Notes: generated by a model not told the origin, from the sequence alone. A DNA stretch of 64,000 bases from Candidatus Latescibacterota bacterium (GCA_965205975.1 OZ242195.1:4384001-4448000), one strand, 5' to 3'; shown: positions 46,519 to 56,462, counted from the first letter of the stretch. Numbers and translations: made by a program.

Positions 46519-47790
46519 TTATTCTCTCAACGCTACAACGGGCGCGAGTGAGGCGGCTTTGCGGGCGGGCAAGAGCGCGAATATAAAGCACAATCCCACA
46601 GATGCAAGGGAGATGTATGCAAAATCAATGGCGAGCATTTTTACGGGTAGTGCCTGGATGATGTAAATTTGACCGGGTAGTTTGATCCATTCAAAGGTTT
46701 GTTGCGACCAGCACAGGATATAGCCTATCGCATTGCCCAAGACGACGCCTGTAAGACCAACGCCCAGGCCCTTGAATGTAAAGATTTTGCCAATTGAACG
46801 CGGCGTTGCTCCCATAGCTTTTAATATGCCGATGTCGCGCTGTCTGTCACCTACTGTCATGGTCAAGATGCTTACGATGTTGAATCCGGCTACCATTACG
46901 ATTAGACATAGTACCAGGGAGCTAAACCATTTTTCCAGGCGAATAGATGCGTACAGGTTGCGGTGGGTGTCCATCCAGGTTATAACGTCAAAATCTGTTC
47001 CTGTGGGAAGGGTGGGGGCGATGCGATGTGCTTCAAATGGCTCGGCGAGCCGAATCTGGATGCCCGAGATCTGATCGCGCCACCCCAGGTCGCGTTGTGC
47101 CGCTTCGAGCGATACAAAAGCGAGTGCGGAGTCGAGTTCATCCAGTCCGGTGTGAAAGATGGCGGTTACTTTGTAGGGCCACAATTGCGGTTGTTGTCCC
47201 ATTAGGACTTCTTTGGGTACTAATCCCAGCATGATTTCGGTGCCGACTACTGCGCCGAGCCGGTCTGCGAGTACGCGGCCAATGGCCGTGCCATACACTT
47301 TGGCGCGTCTGGTGGCGGGCGTAGTCTGATCAGGGTCAGGTGGTTGAATATTCAGGTCGAGGTCACCTGCCCATAAATACGCATTGAGGTCTGTAATTTT
47401 TGCCAATTGTGCGGCTTCTATTCCCCGCACGGCTAAGCTGGCTTGAATCATTTCGCCGCCGGGTGGTCGCCGAAGCGCGAATCCCTCGGTCGCAATAAAA
47501 GGTGCTGCTGCGCGTACAGAGACCTGTTTTTTTATGTGTTCGATTTGTTCTGCGTTGGGCGACATGGGCTGTGCATGGGGTTTTTGCACGATAACATGTG
47601 GGCTTACGCTCAACAGGCTGTCCCACAACAATGCCGAAAAGCCGTTGAAAACGGACAGGACAATGACGAGGGCGGCAACGCCAATGGTTACGCCTGCAAT
47701 AGCAATGGCCGCGGTTAACGATATCTGGCGCTGCTGGCGCAGGGCGTGCATGAGTCGCCGCGCGATGAAGTATTCGTAGGTATTACTCAT
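46519..47790 (-). CDS. lolE: lipoprotein-releasing ABC transporter permease (LolC/E family)
   Basis: GVTIGVAALVIVLSVFNGF, VAGFNIVSILTM, DIGILKAMGA. Confidence 0.8.
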   Translation of the reverse strand: MSNTYEYFIARRLMHALRQQRQISLTAAIAIAGVTIGVAALVIVLSVFNGFSALLWDSLLSVSPHVIVQKPHAQPMSPNAEQIEHIKKQVSVRAAAPFIATEGFALRRPPGGEMIQASLAVRGIEAAQLAKITDLNAYLWAGDLDLNIQPPDPDQTTPATRRAKVYGTAIGRVLADRLGAVVGTEIMLGLVPKEVLMGQQPQLWPYKVTAIFHTGLDELDSALAFVSLEAAQRDLGWRDQISGIQIRLAEPFEAHRIAPTLPTGTDFDVITWMDTHRNLYASIRLEKWFSSLVLCLIVMVAGFNIVSILTMTVGDRQRDIGILKAMGATPRSIGKIFTFKGLGVGLTGVVLGNAIGYILCWSQQTFEWIKLPGQIYIIQALPVKMLAIDFAYISLASVGLCFIFALLPARKAASLAPVVALRE

Positions 47791-49012
47791 ATCTAATAGC
47801 TTCTACGGGGTCCAGTGTTGCCGCTCGTTTGGCGGGCCAGCGGGCAAATACGAGGCATAAAAATAATGCCAGTGCCGAGGTCAGTGTGAAGTCCAGTATG
47901 TTTATGGTTACGGGAAGGGCGTTGATAAAATAAACATCGCCGGAAAGAGATAAGGGTACATAGACCTTTTGTATCCAGCACAGGCCCCCGCCCAATATGT
48001 TGCCCAATAATACACCGCTCGCTCCGATTATTAGACCTTCTCGGGAAAAAATTTGGGCGATGCTTTTGGGGGCTGCCCCCATTGCTTTCAAGATGCCAAT
48101 TTCGCGTCTGCGCTCATTCACAGCCATGGTTAGTATGCTGATGATGTTGAATCCCGCGACAACTACGATCAGGCTCAAGACCACGAAGCTCGCCCATTTT
48201 TGCAACTGGATCCACGCGTACAGATTGCCCTGGGCATACATCCACGATGTGGGGAACATATCGGCATGTGTTTCCGCCAATGTCTCTCGTAATTCAACGC
48301 TGACGCGATCGGCCTCAAATGCATTGACGAGGCGCACTTGAATGCCCGTTGCCAGGTCGCCCCATTGCAGGTCCCGTTGTGCAGCCGCGAGGGGCACATA
48401 GATTAGTGAGGCGTCAAATTCGTAAAATCCCGTTTCAAAAATGCCGGTTATCACATATTGGCGAAGAGGGGGTATGTTGGTCAGGTCTTTGGGAGCGACC
48501 AGCAGACGAATTTTTGATCCTGCGGAGACGCCCAATTTTTTGGCGAGTGTTTTGCCTATTATGATTCCAAAGGTGTTGCCTTCTATGCGGGTTAATTCCA
48601 TTTTTCCTTCGGTTATGTGATGGACGATGTCGCTGCTTTTCACAATGCCATCCACGCCCCGCACTAAGACGCCCGATGTGACAGTGCCCACATCTTTGAC
48701 CCGGTTCAATATATAACCTTCTGTTTCTACTACGGGATTGGCGCCGACTACTTCGGGGTGTTTTTCGAGCAATTGGACAATGGGTGCGTAATTTTCGATG
48801 CGTTCGCTATACGGGCGCCGCACGGTTATATGGGGATTTATACCTATCTGGCGGTCAAAAATCATGTCTGCATAGCCATTCATTACCGATAGCGTGATGA
48901 CGAGTGCCCCAACCCCCAGCCCGACACCTATGATGGCTATGATTGTGGTTAATCCCATACGACGACCAGTGCTGAAGAGGTGTCGTCTAATTATGGTCCA
49001 TTCATATCCCAT
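47783..49012 (-). CDS. lolC: lipoprotein-releasing ABC transporter permease (LolC/E family)
   Basis: GVGLGVGALVITLSVMNG, VAGFNIISILTM, EIGILKAMGA, DPVEAIRYE; the lolC versus lolE assignment of the two paralogues is arbitrary. Confidence 0.8.
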   Translation of the reverse strand: MGYEWTIIRRHLFSTGRRMGLTTIIAIIGVGLGVGALVITLSVMNGYADMIFDRQIGINPHITVRRPYSERIENYAPIVQLLEKHPEVVGANPVVETEGYILNRVKDVGTVTSGVLVRGVDGIVKSSDIVHHITEGKMELTRIEGNTFGIIIGKTLAKKLGVSAGSKIRLLVAPKDLTNIPPLRQYVITGIFETGFYEFDASLIYVPLAAAQRDLQWGDLATGIQVRLVNAFEADRVSVELRETLAETHADMFPTSWMYAQGNLYAWIQLQKWASFVVLSLIVVVAGFNIISILTMAVNERRREIGILKAMGAAPKSIAQIFSREGLIIGASGVLLGNILGGGLCWIQKVYVPLSLSGDVYFINALPVTINILDFTLTSALALFLCLVFARWPAKRAATLDPVEAIRYE

Positions 49013-49034
49013 ATCCCCTAATCCCAGCCTTTAT

Positions 49035-49087
49035 ACAAAAAATCCCGATTCAGAAACACACCGGTGTTTAGAATCAGGATTTTTGTG
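49035..49087. terminator. bidirectional hairpin terminator
   Basis: ACAAAAAATCC.GATTC.AAACAC / GTGTTT.GAATC.GGATTTTTTGT inverted repeat. Confidence 0.65.
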
Positions 49088-49110
49088 TTGTGATGTTCAG
49101 GTTGCAGTTT

Positions 49111-49860
49111 TCACAAGTTGTTTTTTTTCAGAGAACTGAGCCTGTCTCTCAACCGAGCCGCTTGTTCATATCGCTCTTCGACAATGGCTTTTTGGAGTTT
49201 TTGTGCCAGTTTTTGTTGTAAAGTGATTGGGCGATCGCGTTCTATTTCTTCAGCCCATGCAGAGAGGGCTTCGATCTCTTCGTCTGCCTCAACGCCAGAA
49301 TTTGCCACGCATGTTTGAATTTTGTCGATTCCTTCTTCAATGTGGTTTAGAGCACCGGCATAATCGCTTTTTTGCAAACAAATTTCACCCCGCGCACGGG
49401 TGTGAATCATGAGTACATAAGGCCGATAGTGTTCGAATATTTTTCGGTCCTCTTCTTCTTCGGCATAAGCCCGCACGAGATCCAGAAGTGCCAGATTGTG
49501 GGCGGTGTCGCGCACGACTGATTCAAAATCGCCCAGGCGCATCAAACAGACATAGCGATGATAAAATAATAGTCCCTCTTGACTCAATTCGATGCACGCA
49601 TCTCTGTCGAGATAAAAATTCTCATCTGTACCAGAATGCGTGTGTTCGGCTTCGAGTTGATCTAAATAGTAGTCCAGCAATGAAAAATGGCCGTTCGGAC
49701 ACGTTCCGTCAGGTCTATCGTTCATTTCCATCTGCATTAAGCCCAGATCCAGACGTACTTGCAATTTTTCCCGTCCGTCCAGGCCCCGAATTTTGCGTAC
49801 ACAAATATCGGTGGGGTCAAAATCCCAGTTAGATAAAAATGGGTTGAGGTCGTGTTTCAT
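49111..49860 (-). CDS. UvrB/UvrC (UVR) motif-containing protein
   Basis: C-terminal LQKAIVEERYEQAARLRD; N-terminal QVRLDLGLMQME...RPDG; ATG at 49860. Confidence 0.8.
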   Translation of the reverse strand: MKHDLNPFLSNWDFDPTDICVRKIRGLDGREKLQVRLDLGLMQMEMNDRPDGTCPNGHFSLLDYYLDQLEAEHTHSGTDENFYLDRDACIELSQEGLLFYHRYVCLMRLGDFESVVRDTAHNLALLDLVRAYAEEEEDRKIFEHYRPYVLMIHTRARGEICLQKSDYAGALNHIEEGIDKIQTCVANSGVEADEEIEALSAWAEEIERDRPITLQQKLAQKLQKAIVEERYEQAARLRDRLSSLKKNNL

Positions 49861-50016
49861 TATTTCCCTTTTTTTAGTCAGTCTGTAAATGTCGGGGAAA
49901 TATGAAGAAAACCCCACTAAAAGTCAACCCGTTTGCAAGGACTACGGCACTTGACAATTACATCTGGCGGGCGTTATTTTGGGGTGTTCATCACAGTGAG
50001 AAGGCTCTGAATAGAT

Positions 50017-50982
50017 ATGTCCAAATCTGACAATGAAGGTACTGTTATCCGCCACCACCTCGGCCATTATGTCGTCCAGACTGCCGATCGCGTGGTGATG
50101 TGCGCGCTGTCAACTCGTTTGAGGAAACAGCTCGAATATCCCGAAGCTGCGCCGGGTTCGCGCCGCCGCCGCGTGCAGTCAGTGAGACGGGTTCGCGTGA
50201 TCGATCCGGTTGCGGTTGGAGACCGCGTGGTTTTTTCTGAGGGTGCGGATAATAGGGGTATGATCCGCGAGGTGTGTCCCCGCAGTAATAAGGTTTCTCG
50301 GCGCGCGTCTGGCGGGTCTCATAGAGAGCAACTCCTATCTGCCAATGTCGATCAGGTTGTTCCAATTGTGTCTGCGGGTGAGCCTGACCCGGACTGGCAT
50401 TTGCTGGATCGCATGTTGGGTATTGCAGAGTGGCAGCAGATACCGGTGTCACTGTGTCTCAATAAGCTCGATCTCACCGATGAGGCCTGGGCAGATCGGG
50501 TTATGCGTCCGTACAGAGCAATGGGATATCCGGTGGTTTATACCAGTATTATTTCCGATGCGGGGAAAGAGGCGTTTTACGATGTTCTGCGCGGAAAAAT
50601 TACCCTTTTTATGGGGGCTTCCGGCGTTGGAAAGTCGAGTTTGCTCAATTGGTTGCAACCGGGATTGCAATTGCGTACAGGACCTGTTAGCAAGGCTACG
50701 GGCGAGGGGATACATACGACGACCCATACGGAATTAGTCGCGCTCGATAAGGGGGGGTTTGTCGGTGATATGCCGGGTGTTCGGGAGTTTTATCTGTACG
50801 ATATAAGGCCCGAAGATGTTCCCCTGCTTTTTAGAGATTTTCATCCGTTTCTGGGTGGTTGTCGGTTTCGGGATTGTTCGCATGTCCACGAACCCAGTTG
50901 CGCGGTGAGGGCGGCTGTGGATGATGGCGAGATCGCGCTTCAACGCTACGAGAGTTATCTGAGGCTGCGGGAGAGGCCGTAG
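50017..50982 (+). CDS. rsgA: ribosome small subunit-dependent GTPase A
   Basis: AVGDRV, ANVDQ, NKLDL, GASGVGKSSL, HTTT, DMPG.R, CRFRDCSHVHEPSC zinc site. Confidence 0.95.
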   Translation: MSKSDNEGTVIRHHLGHYVVQTADRVVMCALSTRLRKQLEYPEAAPGSRRRRVQSVRRVRVIDPVAVGDRVVFSEGADNRGMIREVCPRSNKVSRRASGGSHREQLLSANVDQVVPIVSAGEPDPDWHLLDRMLGIAEWQQIPVSLCLNKLDLTDEAWADRVMRPYRAMGYPVVYTSIISDAGKEAFYDVLRGKITLFMGASGVGKSSLLNWLQPGLQLRTGPVSKATGEGIHTTTHTELVALDKGGFVGDMPGVREFYLYDIRPEDVPLLFRDFHPFLGGCRFRDCSHVHEPSCAVRAAVDDGEIALQRYESYLRLRERP

Positions 50983-50987
50983 GTATT

Positions 50988-51929
50988 TTAAAAAATCCGC
51001 GTTAGAAATAGAGATAAAAACGCTTCGGCATTGACATGCATCGCGCAGTTGACGGGTTTTCCGAGACGATAGGGCGGGGGCAGGCCGCGGCGGTCTGTGA
51101 CGACCTGACCCAGAGTGAGGTCGCCCGATGTTTCTATGTCGATGTATAAGGTTTCTGAGCGGAGGAGTTCGGGCGCAATAGCCGCGCCTACGGCGAGTGG
51201 ATCGTGCAGGTACACGATTGGCTCGCGTCCGAGTTGTCGATAGAGTGCGAGTACGTTCTGCACGGCTTCGACGACGAATTGAGATGCGACTGTTTTCAGG
51301 GGGGCGATCTGGTTTTCGATATCCGTTTCTGATAATACGACCTGGCGTGTTGCATCTAATGGTACGAGTAGTAGTGTTGCGTCGGAATGGATGACTGTGT
51401 GTGCAGCGTGGGGGTCGGCGTAAAAGTTGAATTCTGCTACGGGTGTTGAGTTGCCCGTTTCTGCAATGGCACCGCCCATTACGATTACCTGTTTGACTTT
51501 TTGGAGTATGCCCGGTTGGCGCTGTTCGGCCAGTGCCAGATTTGTCAGGGGTCCGACGGCTATTATTGTGATTTCGCCCGGTTGTTCGGATAGGGTTTGC
51601 ACCAGGAAGTCAACCGCATTGCCACGCACGTCCAGGGCGGGTTCTGGCAATACGGCTTGTCCCATGCCGCTTTCGCCATGGACTTCGGTGGCAAATACGG
51701 GGTCGCGTTTTAAGGGTGTGTCTGCGCCCGCAAAGATGGGTATTTCTGTGCGTTCCAATAGTTGCAATAATCCCTGTGCATTGCGCGTGCCAGCGCTGAG
51801 CGGTACGTTGCCGCTTACTGTGCAGATGCCCATTACATCGAGTTCCGGAGAGCCCAATGCCAGCATGATGGCCAGCGCGTCATCCACGCCGGGGTCGGTG
51901 TCTAAGATGATGGGTTGTTTGGTCGCCAT
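50988..51929 (-). CDS. inosine/uridine-preferring nucleoside hydrolase
   Basis: ILDTDPGVDDA, VHGESG, GPLTNLA, AEFNFYADP, LHDP. Confidence 0.93.
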   Translation of the reverse strand: MATKQPIILDTDPGVDDALAIMLALGSPELDVMGICTVSGNVPLSAGTRNAQGLLQLLERTEIPIFAGADTPLKRDPVFATEVHGESGMGQAVLPEPALDVRGNAVDFLVQTLSEQPGEITIIAVGPLTNLALAEQRQPGILQKVKQVIVMGGAIAETGNSTPVAEFNFYADPHAAHTVIHSDATLLLVPLDATRQVVLSETDIENQIAPLKTVASQFVVEAVQNVLALYRQLGREPIVYLHDPLAVGAAIAPELLRSETLYIDIETSGDLTLGQVVTDRRGLPPPYRLGKPVNCAMHVNAEAFLSLFLTRIF

Positions 51930-51933
51930 ATTG

Positions 51934-53448
51934 CTAAATCCCATACAGCGGTTCGTACTTTGCCCTGAGATGCCGCATCAAGGGTTCATGGCTCAGGGGT
52001 TTGCCCGTTACGACTTCGATGAGTTCATTTGCGCGGTAGCGCTGGCCCTGCGAATAGATTTTTTCCGTTAACCAGTTTTTCAGCGGTTCAAATACGCCTT
52101 CGGCAAATTGTGCGTTCAGGTCGCCTACTTCCTGGCGCGCTTGTTCAAAGAATTGCGCGGCGTACAAATTGCCTAATGCATAAGTTGGAAAGTACCCTAT
52201 CCCTCCACCACTCCAGTGTATGTCTTGCAAACACCCCAGAGCATCGTCCGGGGGGATGATTCCCAGATATTTTTCAAATGTTTCGTTCCAGACACCGGGG
52301 ATGTCTTCGGCTTTTAACCCGCCATGAATCAGTGCTTGTTCGAGTTCAAAGCGCAGCATGATGTGTAAGTTGTACGTGGCTTCGTCGGCTTCTACGCGAA
52401 TATATGAGGGGGCGACGGCGTTGATTGCGGCGTAGAAGTCGCGTTCGGATACGTCGCTTAGTGCGTCTGGGAATGCGGCTTGCACTTTGGGGTAGAAGTG
52501 TGTCCAAAATGCTTCACTGCGGCCGACGAAGTTTTCCCACATGCGAGATTGCGATTCGTGTATGCCCAGGGATATAGAGCCTCCCATGGGTGTGCCGTAA
52601 TGTTCGTCGTTTAAGCCCTGGTCGTATATGCCGTGGCCCGCTTCGTGCATGATGCTGAAGAATGATTCGGAAAAGAAGTGTGTGTTATACCGCGTGGTCA
52701 GGCGGGTGTCGCCCGGTCCAATGCCGCTGCAAAATGGGTGGGTGGTGATGTCCAGGCGACCGTTGTCAAAGTTGAAGCCGATTTGTGCGGCGGCGGTTTT
52801 TCCAAATTCTTCTTGTTGGTCTATGGGATATGTGCGCGTTAGAATATTTTCATCGGGTTTTTTGCCGGATTCGGCGATTGCACCCACGAGTTCGACGAGT
52901 TCGTCGCGCAGGCCCGAGAAGACCCGGGTCAGGTTTTCAGTGGTTTCGCCGGGTTCATAGTCGTCTAATAACGTGTCGTAAGAGGTTTCGCCCGTGTTCA
53001 GCGCATTTACTTGTTGATGTTTTAGATCGAGGATTTTTTTGAGGTGGGGTTGAAACAGGGCGTAGTCCGATTTTTCGCGGGCTTCTCGCCATGCTTGCTG
53101 CGAGATGGTGGCTACGCGGGCGAGTTCTTCGACGAGGGATTGGGGGAGTTTGATAGCCCGATCGTAGTCCCGGCGAAGTTCTCGTACGTTGATTGCGGCT
53201 TCAGAATAAGGATCGGAGATCAGGTCGCTGTTTTCTATTTCTGTGAGATAGTCGCCGATTTGAGGAGCGGTTGCACGTTCGTGTATCATGCCGCTGAGCA
53301 ATGCGAGTTGCTCGGCGCGATGCCCGGCTCCGCCTTTGGGCATGTAGGTCTGTTTGTCCCAACCCAATACACTGGCACAGGATCCCAATAGGGAGATTTG
53401 TTTTATTTCTGCGATTAGCTGCTGATATGTGGAATTGACATCGGCCAT
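51934..53448 (-). CDS. carboxypeptidase M32 (Taq family)
   Basis: HPF, HEAGHGIY, HESQSR, IRVEADE, GCLQDIHW, YFPTY; ATG at 53448 after AAGGAG. Confidence 0.95.
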   Translation of the reverse strand: MADVNSTYQQLIAEIKQISLLGSCASVLGWDKQTYMPKGGAGHRAEQLALLSGMIHERATAPQIGDYLTEIENSDLISDPYSEAAINVRELRRDYDRAIKLPQSLVEELARVATISQQAWREAREKSDYALFQPHLKKILDLKHQQVNALNTGETSYDTLLDDYEPGETTENLTRVFSGLRDELVELVGAIAESGKKPDENILTRTYPIDQQEEFGKTAAAQIGFNFDNGRLDITTHPFCSGIGPGDTRLTTRYNTHFFSESFFSIMHEAGHGIYDQGLNDEHYGTPMGGSISLGIHESQSRMWENFVGRSEAFWTHFYPKVQAAFPDALSDVSERDFYAAINAVAPSYIRVEADEATYNLHIMLRFELEQALIHGGLKAEDIPGVWNETFEKYLGIIPPDDALGCLQDIHWSGGGIGYFPTYALGNLYAAQFFEQARQEVGDLNAQFAEGVFEPLKNWLTEKIYSQGQRYRANELIEVVTGKPLSHEPLMRHLRAKYEPLYGI

Positions 53449-53690
53449 TTTTGCTCCTTGTGATGGTTTTTCAATGCGATGCACAGTAGGACAAAATCTA
53501 TGCACCTGTCAAGATGAAAACAAGACTTTTTCTGGTATTCGTCGTGCCTCTGGTCTCAAAAGCCGGAAATTTGAACGCGCAATCAGAAAAGCACTTGAAA
53601 GAAGACACAATTCTGAGTATGCTTTGTGGAAGCCGGTCAGAGTAAATAATGTGAGGACTGTTGGAAACAGGGTAGTTTGGGTCAGGGAAT

Positions 53691-53945
53691 ATGAATAAAC
53701 GTCACTGGAGAACATTTAATGCGATCTTTGCACATCCTATATCGGGCAATATCAAATGGCGAGATGTTGAAGCCTTGTTAAAGACCTTGGGAGCAGTCCT
53801 CAGTGAACGTGCGGGATCGAGAGTTGCTGTGTCGCTTAATGATAGAGTTGCTGTTTTTCATCGCCCGCATCCGAGTCCAAATATGGATAAGGGTGCAGTA
53901 AGAGATCTGCGAAGATTTCTTGAACATGCAGGGGTCATGCCATGA
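53691..53945 (+). CDS. hicA: HicA family toxin
   Basis: IKWRDVEALL..LG...ERAGSRV...FHRPHP. Confidence 0.9.
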   Translation: MNKRHWRTFNAIFAHPISGNIKWRDVEALLKTLGAVLSERAGSRVAVSLNDRVAVFHRPHPSPNMDKGAVRDLRRFLEHAGVMP

Positions 53946-54196
53946 TTGAATACAAAGGATATCTCGGGGATGTTGTGTTTGATCCGGAGATTGATGCCTT
54001 TCACGGGACGGTGATCAATATCAATGATGTGATCACGTTCTATGGATCATCTGTAGCGGAACTGAGGAAAGAGATGCAGAAGTCAATTGAGGCATATTTT
54101 GAGTTTTGCAAGGAACAGGGAAGAGATCCGGAAGAACCGTTGACAGATAAAGCCCTTGTGCAAGCGGGTGGAAGGCATAAGGATTTGGATGATTAA
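53942..54196 (+). CDS. hicB: HicB family antitoxin, lacking the C-terminal DNA-binding domain
   Basis: MIEYKGY, FHGTVINI.DVITF.G.SV.EL, YFEFC...GRDPEEP, then diverges with no ribbon-helix-helix segment. Confidence 0.85.
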   Translation: MIEYKGYLGDVVFDPEIDAFHGTVININDVITFYGSSVAELRKEMQKSIEAYFEFCKEQGRDPEEPLTDKALVQAGGRHKDLDD

Positions 54197-54197
54197 A

Positions 54198-54377
54198 ATG
54201 AGAGACCAGAAGATTAATGAAGTTCGCAGAATCCGACATGAAATTTCAGCGAGATTTGGACACGATATTGGACGATTGGTCGCTTATTACCAAAAGATAG
54301 AGAAAGAATTCAGGCGATCTGGCAAATACAAATTCGCTGATTCCAAAGAATCAGAAAGAAGGAATAGTACTCTATGA
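54198..54377 (+). CDS. small hypothetical protein (antitoxin-like)
   Basis: MRDQKINEVRRIRHEIS.RFGHD...VAYY pattern common near TA loci; overlaps the HEPN start. Confidence 0.55.
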   Translation: MRDQKINEVRRIRHEISARFGHDIGRLVAYYQKIEKEFRRSGKYKFADSKESERRNSTL

Positions 54378-54796
54378 ACGAGGTTGATGAGGCGCGTGCT
54401 ATGCTTTCGATGGCGGAAAAAAATTTGCGTGCATTAAAGGGCATGGATGATGCGACAGTATTTTATGATGAAATTTTTGGTTTTCATGTTCAGCAGACGA
54501 TAGCGAAATCGTTAAAAGCCTGGATTATCGCTATTGGCGTTGCGTTCCCATCCATCCACAATATCGCGAGATTGCTTGCGATTCTCGAAGAGAATGGATG
54601 TGATGTCGAGTCATTTTGGGATCTGGTTGAATATACAGCATATTCTGTTACGTTTCGATACGATGCCGCTGAAATGACTGATGACCCTATAGACCGTCCT
54701 GATGCGTTAGAACAAGCACAAAGGCTCTATGATCATGTCGAGCAGTTTCTCAATGATGCCTCAACTGAAGCGTCACAATCGGAAAATGATGCATGA
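54374..54796 (+). CDS. HEPN domain protein
   Basis: GFHVQQT..KSLKA, PSIHNIARLL, YSVTFRY. Confidence 0.85.
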   Translation: MNEVDEARAMLSMAEKNLRALKGMDDATVFYDEIFGFHVQQTIAKSLKAWIIAIGVAFPSIHNIARLLAILEENGCDVESFWDLVEYTAYSVTFRYDAAEMTDDPIDRPDALEQAQRLYDHVEQFLNDASTEASQSENDA

Positions 54797-55551
54797 AAAA
54801 TAACCGCGATGTTATTCAGGCACTTGTCGATGCGTTTCCAACGGAACCCGTGTGTGTGGCTGATGCGCTGTCGGATGGGCGGTTTTTTTTGGATGAGAAA
54901 TACGATGCCCTTTCCCGGCGGCTCGGTGAGGTGTTCTGGTTGCCGGTGTCACATGCTTATGTCGTGTTCTGTTATGCGTATAGCGCGTTGTTTGGGATTC
55001 CCGATTTTACGCGTGAAGCCCTGATGCGGCAGCCCGATCGGTTTTCGCAAAAGCGTTTGGCGCTGACGATTCGCTCGACGAGTGGTTTTATACTCGATGG
55101 CTTTGGCTATGACCGTCGCACGGAGCGGTATCGCAAGGATATTTATTGGCCCGGTCCGGTTATTCGCAGTGTGCATGTGGCGAGTCCCAGGCACAACAAG
55201 GCGCGGATTTCCAATCCGGCAATGGCGTATTTTGGTTATCATCTCATCCGCGCGGCAGAATGGCTTTCTGTACATCGCGAGGATGCGGATATTGCCGGAG
55301 AACGTCGGCGGCACTATGATTTTGTTGGTGACTTTTTCCGCACGGCTGATTATCCTTTCCCTGTAGATCGCCGCGAGGCGAGGGAATTTTCGAGGCAGGT
55401 TGATGGGTTGCTCGCCGGGGGTGACTGTGCGGATTGCTGGCATAACATCCGCCACGCGGCGAGAGAATTGGGCGTGGATCTGGATTTTGAAGATCTCGCG
55501 TCTTTTTTGCCCAGACGAACGGGTACATTTTTTAGACAGGTTGTTTTTTAA
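54793..55551 (+). CDS. hypothetical protein, possibly a distant MpaB/DUF2236 oxygenase-like fold
   Basis: Coupled start (ATGA overlap); weak resemblance via QKR..T, GYD, IRSVH, ISN..M.Y. Confidence 0.55.
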   Translation: MKNNRDVIQALVDAFPTEPVCVADALSDGRFFLDEKYDALSRRLGEVFWLPVSHAYVVFCYAYSALFGIPDFTREALMRQPDRFSQKRLALTIRSTSGFILDGFGYDRRTERYRKDIYWPGPVIRSVHVASPRHNKARISNPAMAYFGYHLIRAAEWLSVHREDADIAGERRRHYDFVGDFFRTADYPFPVDRREAREFSRQVDGLLAGGDCADCWHNIRHAARELGVDLDFEDLASFLPRRTGTFFRQVVF

Positions 55552-55640
55552 TTCAGTATAATAGGAGGCAGGATATGTCGAAGAGCCTCTTTAACAAGGT
55601 CGCTCATTCTTTTTTCACTCTTTTTAAAAGGAGACGTCAC

Positions 55641-55880
55641 ATGGCCCGGATAGAAATTGAATATTGTGCATCTTGAGGCTATGAACCACAATCCGTCGGG
55701 ATGACGGATCAAATTGTCAATGCGTTTAAGCAGGATATCGAAGCTATTACCCTTATTCCGTCCAGCGGTGGTCGCTTTGAGGTTACGGTTGATGGCGAAC
55801 TGGTGTTCTCCAAACTCAAGGAGAAACGCTTTCCAGAATACGAGGAAATCCAACCGCATATTCAAAGTCGAATTTCGTGA
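55641..55880 (+). CDS. SelW/SelT/SelH (Rdx family) selenoprotein with in-frame UGA
   Basis: MARIEIEYCAS-U-GYEPQ...LIPSSGGRFEVTVDGELVFSKL...FP; CxxU with TGA at 55674-55676; AAGGAG RBS; absent from the ORF track. Confidence 0.9.
55691..55709 (+). promoter_or_regulatory. candidate bacterial SECIS hairpin
   Basis: ATCCGTC-GGGAT-GACGGAT: 7-bp stem with a G-initial loop starting 22 nt after the UGA. Confidence 0.7.
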
Positions 55881-55945
55881 ATTGGGGATGCTGAAAATAA
55901 GTGAGCCGGGGTAAAAAAACTCCGGCTCAAATTCAGGCGATTAAA

Positions 55946-56128
55946 ATGAAACAATACAACGCTTGCTATACGCCAATTCCATCGGGTTACATGGGACAAC
56001 TGTTGGATTGGCCAGAAGTAGTGACGGAGGGGGCGACAATAGAAGAATGTACAGAATTACTACAAGATGCGCTCAACGAAATGATACAAGCCTATAGCGA
56101 ATTGGGTAAACCCATTCCCAAACCCTAA
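55946..56128 (+). CDS. HicB-like (UPF0150) antitoxin, orphan
   Basis: PEVVTEGATIEEC...LQDAL..MI.AY...GKPIP. Confidence 0.75.
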   Translation: MKQYNACYTPIPSGYMGQLLDWPEVVTEGATIEECTELLQDALNEMIQAYSELGKPIPKP

Positions 56129-56144
56129 TACAAAGGATGAGGTT

Positions 56145-56462
56145 ATGGAAACAGCAATTCGAGAAATGACGCGCAGAATTATCGAACAATTTAATCCCAT
56201 AAAGATCGTTCTTTTTGGTTCTCATGCACGGGGAACCGCTGTATCGGATAGTGATATTGATCTTTTAGTGATAAAAAAAATCGAAGGCTCCAAACGCAAG
56301 GAGCGCGTCGCGATAGGCATAGCCCTCCACGATATCCATGTACCAAAGGATATTATTGTTGCCTCGCCCGAAGAGGTTGCAAAATTCGGAAACACTGTGG
56401 GCACAGTATTATATCCCGCTCTGAAAGAAGGCAAAGTACTATATGAAAAAACCCTCGCCTGA
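56145..56462 (+). CDS. minimal nucleotidyltransferase (MNT) antitoxin
   Basis: IVLFGSHARG...DSDIDLLV, EGKVLYE. Confidence 0.9.
   Translation: METAIREMTRRIIEQFNPIKIVLFGSHARGTAVSDSDIDLLVIKKIEGSKRKERVAIGIALHDIHVPKDIIVASPEEVAKFGNTVGTVLYPALKEGKVLYEKTLA

Noticed and set aside
53514..53645. Short ORF MKTRLFLVFVVPLV... resembling a signal peptide
   Set aside because: No RBS, about 43 codons, and no recognisable domain.
55548..55914. ORF-track calls 55548..55865 (-) and 55714..55914 (+)
   Set aside because: Shadows of the UGA-containing Rdx selenoprotein gene.
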